DNA from: Trypethelium eluteriae
Lineage: Eukaryota
DNA length: 54,505 nt
Assembly: GCA_051942245.1 (NCBI GenBank)
Contig: JAVECL010000097.1
Location: 1-54,505, forward strand
Direction of reading: 5' to 3'
Shown here one piece after another: positions 50,005-54,505 of the stretch. The position numbers were made by a program, and so were the translations under genes. The first letter of the stretch is position 1. Every line of letters begins with the position of its first letter. The notes beneath the pieces are model-generated. The model had not been told where the DNA came from. It made no database searches and worked only from the letters and a program-made list of their open reading frames with translations.

Positions 50005-51281
50005 ATGTTTTTCAGCAGGAGCTTGACCTCGCTCTCCCTCCTGTCCCTCCTGTCCCTCTTACCCATGACTTTTGGTCAAACCTTCACTTCTTGTAATCCG
50101 TTGAATACTACCAATTGCCCGGTCGATCCTGCTCTGGGTACTAACGCCTCTTTTACCTTCAATTCCTCGAGTGTAGCCGATCCTGAAGTATGGAACTCCA
50201 CCGGCGGTGCTCTACAATACACTCTCCAAAAACCTGGCGCTGAATTCCTCATCCAAGGCTCTGGCGACTCACCTACCATTACATCCGCTTTCTATTTTCT
50301 CTTTGGCCGAGTCTCTGTGATGTTACGTGCCGCCAGTGGTACTGGCATCGTCTCTTCAATCGTGCTTCAGTCGGACGATCTCGACGAAATCGATTGGGAA
50401 TTCCTGGGTGGCAATCAAACACATGCCGAAACCAACTTTTTCGGCAAGGGCAACACAACCAGCTATAATCGTGCAATATGGTACCCACTGCCCAACAGAG
50501 CCGCCCCCCAGGATGATTTCCACAACTACACAGTCACCTGGACTGCTGAGTCCCTGGACTGGTACATCGATGACCAGCACGTGCGACAGGTGACGCCGAG
50601 CGATGCCGTCACTCTTAACGGCAAGAACTACCCTCAGACGCCTATGAATTTGAAGATGGGCATCTGGGCAGGTGGTGACCCGGCCACGAACGTGCCCGGT
50701 GTTGTGCAATGGGCTGGCGGCAACGTCGACTACTCCAAGGGCCCCTTCAGCATGTACGTGAAGAGCGCTGAAGTCGTTGACTACACCACTGGTGCCTCAC
50801 AATACTCGTACGGAGATGAGACCGGTTCATGGCAGAGCATCAAAGTCGACAAGTAAGTCCACTGCCTTTCAACCCGCATTGCCCAGATGAACAACCTACC
50901 TTTCGCTTCAGTCCAACCTCAATATACTAACGATTCCCCAGGGGCACCTCCGCTGTGACCCAACGCGTCCTCAACCCCCCGAAAACCCTCACCCAACGCG
51001 TGACCTCGCTCTCCCACGGCGCCAAAGTCGGTATCGCCATCGGCGCCATTGCAGCTGCCGCCCTCTTTGCGCTCGCCATCACATTGTGCTGCATCATCCA
51101 GCGCCGCAAGGGCGCTAAGGAGAAGTGGTACGCCGACAAAGAGTGGGAGAAGAACCAAAAGGAGCAAGACGAGATTCGCGCCGAGGCTGAGGCTCTGGGA
51201 TACGGAAAGGGAGGTTGGGTGGGTGGAGTCAGGGAGGTAAGGCAAGCGCCGAGGGGCTCTCGTCGGTTTTCGAGATTCTGA
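50005..51281 (+). CDS. GH16 Crh-family chitin/glucan transglycosylase with C-terminal TM helix; intron 50853-50941
   Basis: Signal peptide; CNPLNTTNCP; catalytic SDDLDEIDWEFLG; FHNYT, YPQTPM..GIWAGGD; exon 2 TM IGIAIGAIAAAALFALAITLCCII followed by QRRKG. Confidence 0.93.
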
Positions 51282-51673
51282 TGAGGGGATGAGGATGGTT
51301 AATGGGCAAGCAATGGAAGAGACGAGGATTTGATGAGGTGAATGCTTATTTCTCGAAGGGGAGGATCCTGGCTGGTTCAGAGACTATTTTGCACCGGACG
51401 AAGCTATACCTTTTTCAATACTTGGTATCAGTCGGACGATTTCAGGGATATCTGTTTGAGATAGACCTCCTACTGCGACTCTTGTGGGTCAAGGTTTTTA
51501 CCTATATACCAATCTGATGATTTACAAGTTCATCAAATATCACCGATAATGCTTCTGCTCCTTGCGCTGATGCTGATGAAAGCTCCTCGCCTCATTTCTG
51601 CAGATTATGCCGATTCAAACATCCAATATGCTTCTTTTCGCACTATAGACTTCGTAGATGGAGTATGCTCCTT

Positions 51674-53395
51674 CTAACACCCCAAATACTTCCTCTCCAC
51701 CCACCTCACCTCCAAGTCCTCCACTACTCTCCCCACCACGACCCTCACATCCGGAAACACACTTCCCAACCGCTTCAACCCCTGCCTTCCAGCCATCCAC
51801 GCCACATACACGATCCTCCCCTCCTCCACCCCATGATCCACCAGCACCCTCACCGCCATCAACGCCGCCCCGCCACTACTCATCTGCGCATCGAGCAACA
51901 AGACCAACGCCTGCTCGCCCAACCCCTCCGGCAGCTTGCGGAAATGCAGCTCCGGCTCCCCCGTCCTGTAGCTCGTCTGGATCAGCATCCTCCCCGTCCG
52001 ACAATCCGGGATCACGCGCTTGAGGCCCGTCTCCAGCGCGCTGCCACCCCGCAGGATCACCACTGCCGAGACACTGCCGCGACGCCCCGGCGGCGGCGCG
52101 AGGCCCGTGTAGGTGTGCCCTGTCGGCGTGGTGATGGTGTGGAGCGAGTAGGAGGGGTGCAGCGCGGTGGCGGATTCGATGAGGAGGGTGGCGAGGCGGT
52201 CGAAGGAGAAGATAAAGGTCTCGCGGTCGGTGGAGGGGGTGAGCAGGAGGGTGTTGAGGCCGACGATTTGTGGGCGTGGAGGAAGGATGGTGACGTTCGG
52301 AGAGAGGGGTTGGTCTTCGGCGGCGCGGCCGAGGCGGCGGAGCTCGAGTTGGTGGAGGTGGGATTTGTGCTCGAGGGTTTTGCGGATGCGGTCGCTGACC
52401 ATGGAGATGGCGACTTTGTTCTCGATGCCCCGGGGGACGATGATATCTGAAGTGATTAGCTAATATATCTGAGGGACGTGATTTCTTGGTTCAAAAGGTG
52501 AGACGAGGAATGGCTACATCAGATAGGAGCGAAAGATGGTAAGTTGTAGTCGTCAATGATGTTCGGATGAACTATATATTTGCTTTGCATCATCATGAAG
52601 AGTGGAGATTAAAATCGTCGGATGCACTTAGCAATGACCACATACCTGCAATTACTCGTTGCGGTTCCACGTATCTGTGGAAATTAGGTTTTACAAATGC
52701 GAACCACTGTTTTATACATCCTTCGATGTCTCTTCCTCGATGCTGGACATCACGAAGTACTTTTCATCTATTAGACCGGAGAAGTCAGAAGGAGGATAAT
52801 TAGCATACCTCTTCGCGATAGGCAGAGGTCTGCGTCTGCATCGGCAAAGATTTTGAGGTCAAGCATGTCCAGCACACGTTGATCATGTAATGCAAAAATG
52901 CCTTCCAAAATTAATACATGGGGAGAATATATGGTCGTCGTCTTCTCGAGTCGCTGATGCTTTTCAAAGGAGTAGACCGGAATATCGGCTTTCTTCCTTC
53001 CAAGATTATTAGCAAGATGTGATATTGTCCATTGATTGTGTCCTACCCTTCTTTAATCTCCCTCAGCCTCTCGACAAGAATGTCGAAATCAATAGCGTCA
53101 GGAGCATCGAAATCATAATCGTTCCGAAACGCTTTCTCTGATTCTTCAGGCTTCAAAGTCTTATAAAATGAGTCCTACAAATCGTGAGAAACTAGACAAC
53201 CCGTCAAAAGGTGGAAAACAATACCATAGAAAGAATGACAACCCATGGAAGGCTCAGTGATTCTACTATTGCTAATGCCAAAGATGTCTTGCCTGACCCT
53301 GAGCTTCCAGCAATTCCAATAATGCTAGTGTTTGCCCATGGTGGGCTGTAGTGAGCACGATGCGTCGTGCTTCCATTAGAGTTCGCGTTGGCCAT
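51674..53395 (-). CDS. URK1: Uridine kinase with C-terminal uracil phosphoribosyltransferase-like domain, multi-exon
   Basis: IIGIAGSSGSGKT P-loop, DSFYK..YDFDAPDAID, ILEGIFALH, and UPRT-like VILRGGSALE..GRMLIQT..EPELHFRKLP..LLDAQMSSGGAALMAV. Confidence 0.93.
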
Positions 53396-53826
53396 GACTT
53401 GAAAGTCAATTCAGCCATAGGCCTTGCGAGCATGTCAAACGAGTGACGGCTTCATTATTTATATGTCTCGACCGGAGCACGAGGCTGAACAGAGAGACAA
53501 ACACGATAGGGTGGAAAGCCGGCCAGACGAGTCGGACGAAATTTGAGGTCACGTGTGGTGGCTTCGGTGAGCAAAACAGGAGGGCCCACAACGTCACTGC
53601 ACTTCAGTCCAATTTATTCGAGCTTCCACTCTTTGCTCTTAACCACGGTTCGAGCTTACCAAGAGGCTACATCCGCTTTAGTGGAGTCCGCTTGGTGGGA
53701 TAATACTAAAATGTGGTAACAGTCGAAGTCTCTCAATATGGTACGACTTCGCCCTCACTTCTATCCAATATGTCTGGATCATCTCGTCATCAAATGATAA
53801 CCGTCAACGTACAGAGCGCTTCTACC

Positions 53827-54505
53827 ATGTCCGCGGCTAAGCCGCTCCCTCATGCTTTTGAGAAGAAGGTGGAGGATGTTAAAGTTTCAAAATCGTACGT
53901 CCGCTTTCATCGCCGTCTGCTGTCCGCAAGTTCGCCGACGCCCAAATATTTTCCATGATGCATTCTACGTCAAGTTGGGAATCTCTCCGAAATTTCATGA
54001 GGAGACAAAAATAACTTGTATATCTGAACTTTATCTCTCTATATGTATTTTCAAGAATGCGTCGAGACTTTCATGGGAATCAAGTTGTCTGATAGGATTC
54101 TGGCATTGGCAGCGACATCAACTCCGTTATTATGGACTACCTCATCAATGAAGGCTACCCTTCCGCCGCCAGAAAATTTGCAAAGGAGGCAAACATTGAA
54201 GCCACTGGTGATATAGAATCAATAAGTGAGCGGGTGGAGATCCGGAATGCTATACTGGCCGGTGATATACAGACGGCGATCGAGAAGATCAACGACTTCA
54301 ATCCGCAGGTAAGGAGGACAGCTACATTGGCGTTCGCCCCCGTCTTTCAGCTTGTTATGATTATACCCGAGTTCATGCACCACTCATATTCACCTCTGGG
54401 TGTTGATGAGAAATTACTCCTACTTCAGTCCTCAGTATGACCCAGCTTCACAACCTCAATATCCCCACCACCTCACCAACATCCTCTACGCGCATTAAGC
54501 TAATG
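53827..54505 (+). CDS. GID8: LisH/CTLH domain protein (GID8/TWA1-like), truncated by the window end; alternative in-frame start at 53770
   Basis: HAFEKKVEDVKVSK|SDINSVIMDYLINEGYPSAARKFAKEA (LisH), then RVEIRNAILAGDIQTAIEKINDFNPQ (CTLH). Confidence 0.82.

Noticed and set aside
51658..52463. Long plus-strand ORFs (121 and 261 aa)
   Set aside because: Antisense shadows of the GC-rich last URK1 exon.
1..54505. CRISPR arrays, tRNA/rRNA, intact transposons or Starship captain
   Set aside because: No repeat-spacer arrays, cloverleaf or rRNA-like sequence, transposase, reverse transcriptase or tyrosine recombinase motifs were seen.

Overview
This is intron-containing filamentous ascomycete (Pezizomycotina) DNA; no RNA genes, CRISPR arrays or intact transposons were seen. 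The left part holds a secreted tyrosinase, a secreted SurE-like phosphatase, an MFS transporter, U1A/U2B'' snRNP protein, V-ATPase subunit D and SYF1. The right part holds a Crh-like GH16 transglycosylase, uridine kinase and a truncated GID8-like LisH/CTLH gene. Between them (about 16.3-48.0 kb) lies a candidate secondary-metabolite cluster. It contains a drug-efflux MFS divergent from a 16-intron highly reducing PKS (KS-AT-DH-cMT-ER-KR-ACP), an FSH1/LovG-type serine hydrolase, a secreted BBE-like bicovalent flavin oxidase, a PTH11-like membrane protein and a secreted PatE-like GMC oxidoreductase. A decayed head-to-head AAA+ ATPase / STAND-like gene pair with a RIP-like AT-rich patch interrupts the cluster. 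The PKS is only intact if a 4-nt microexon, a GC-AG intron and a GAG acceptor are used. Exon boundaries were read by eye and family calls come from motif recognition, not database searches.
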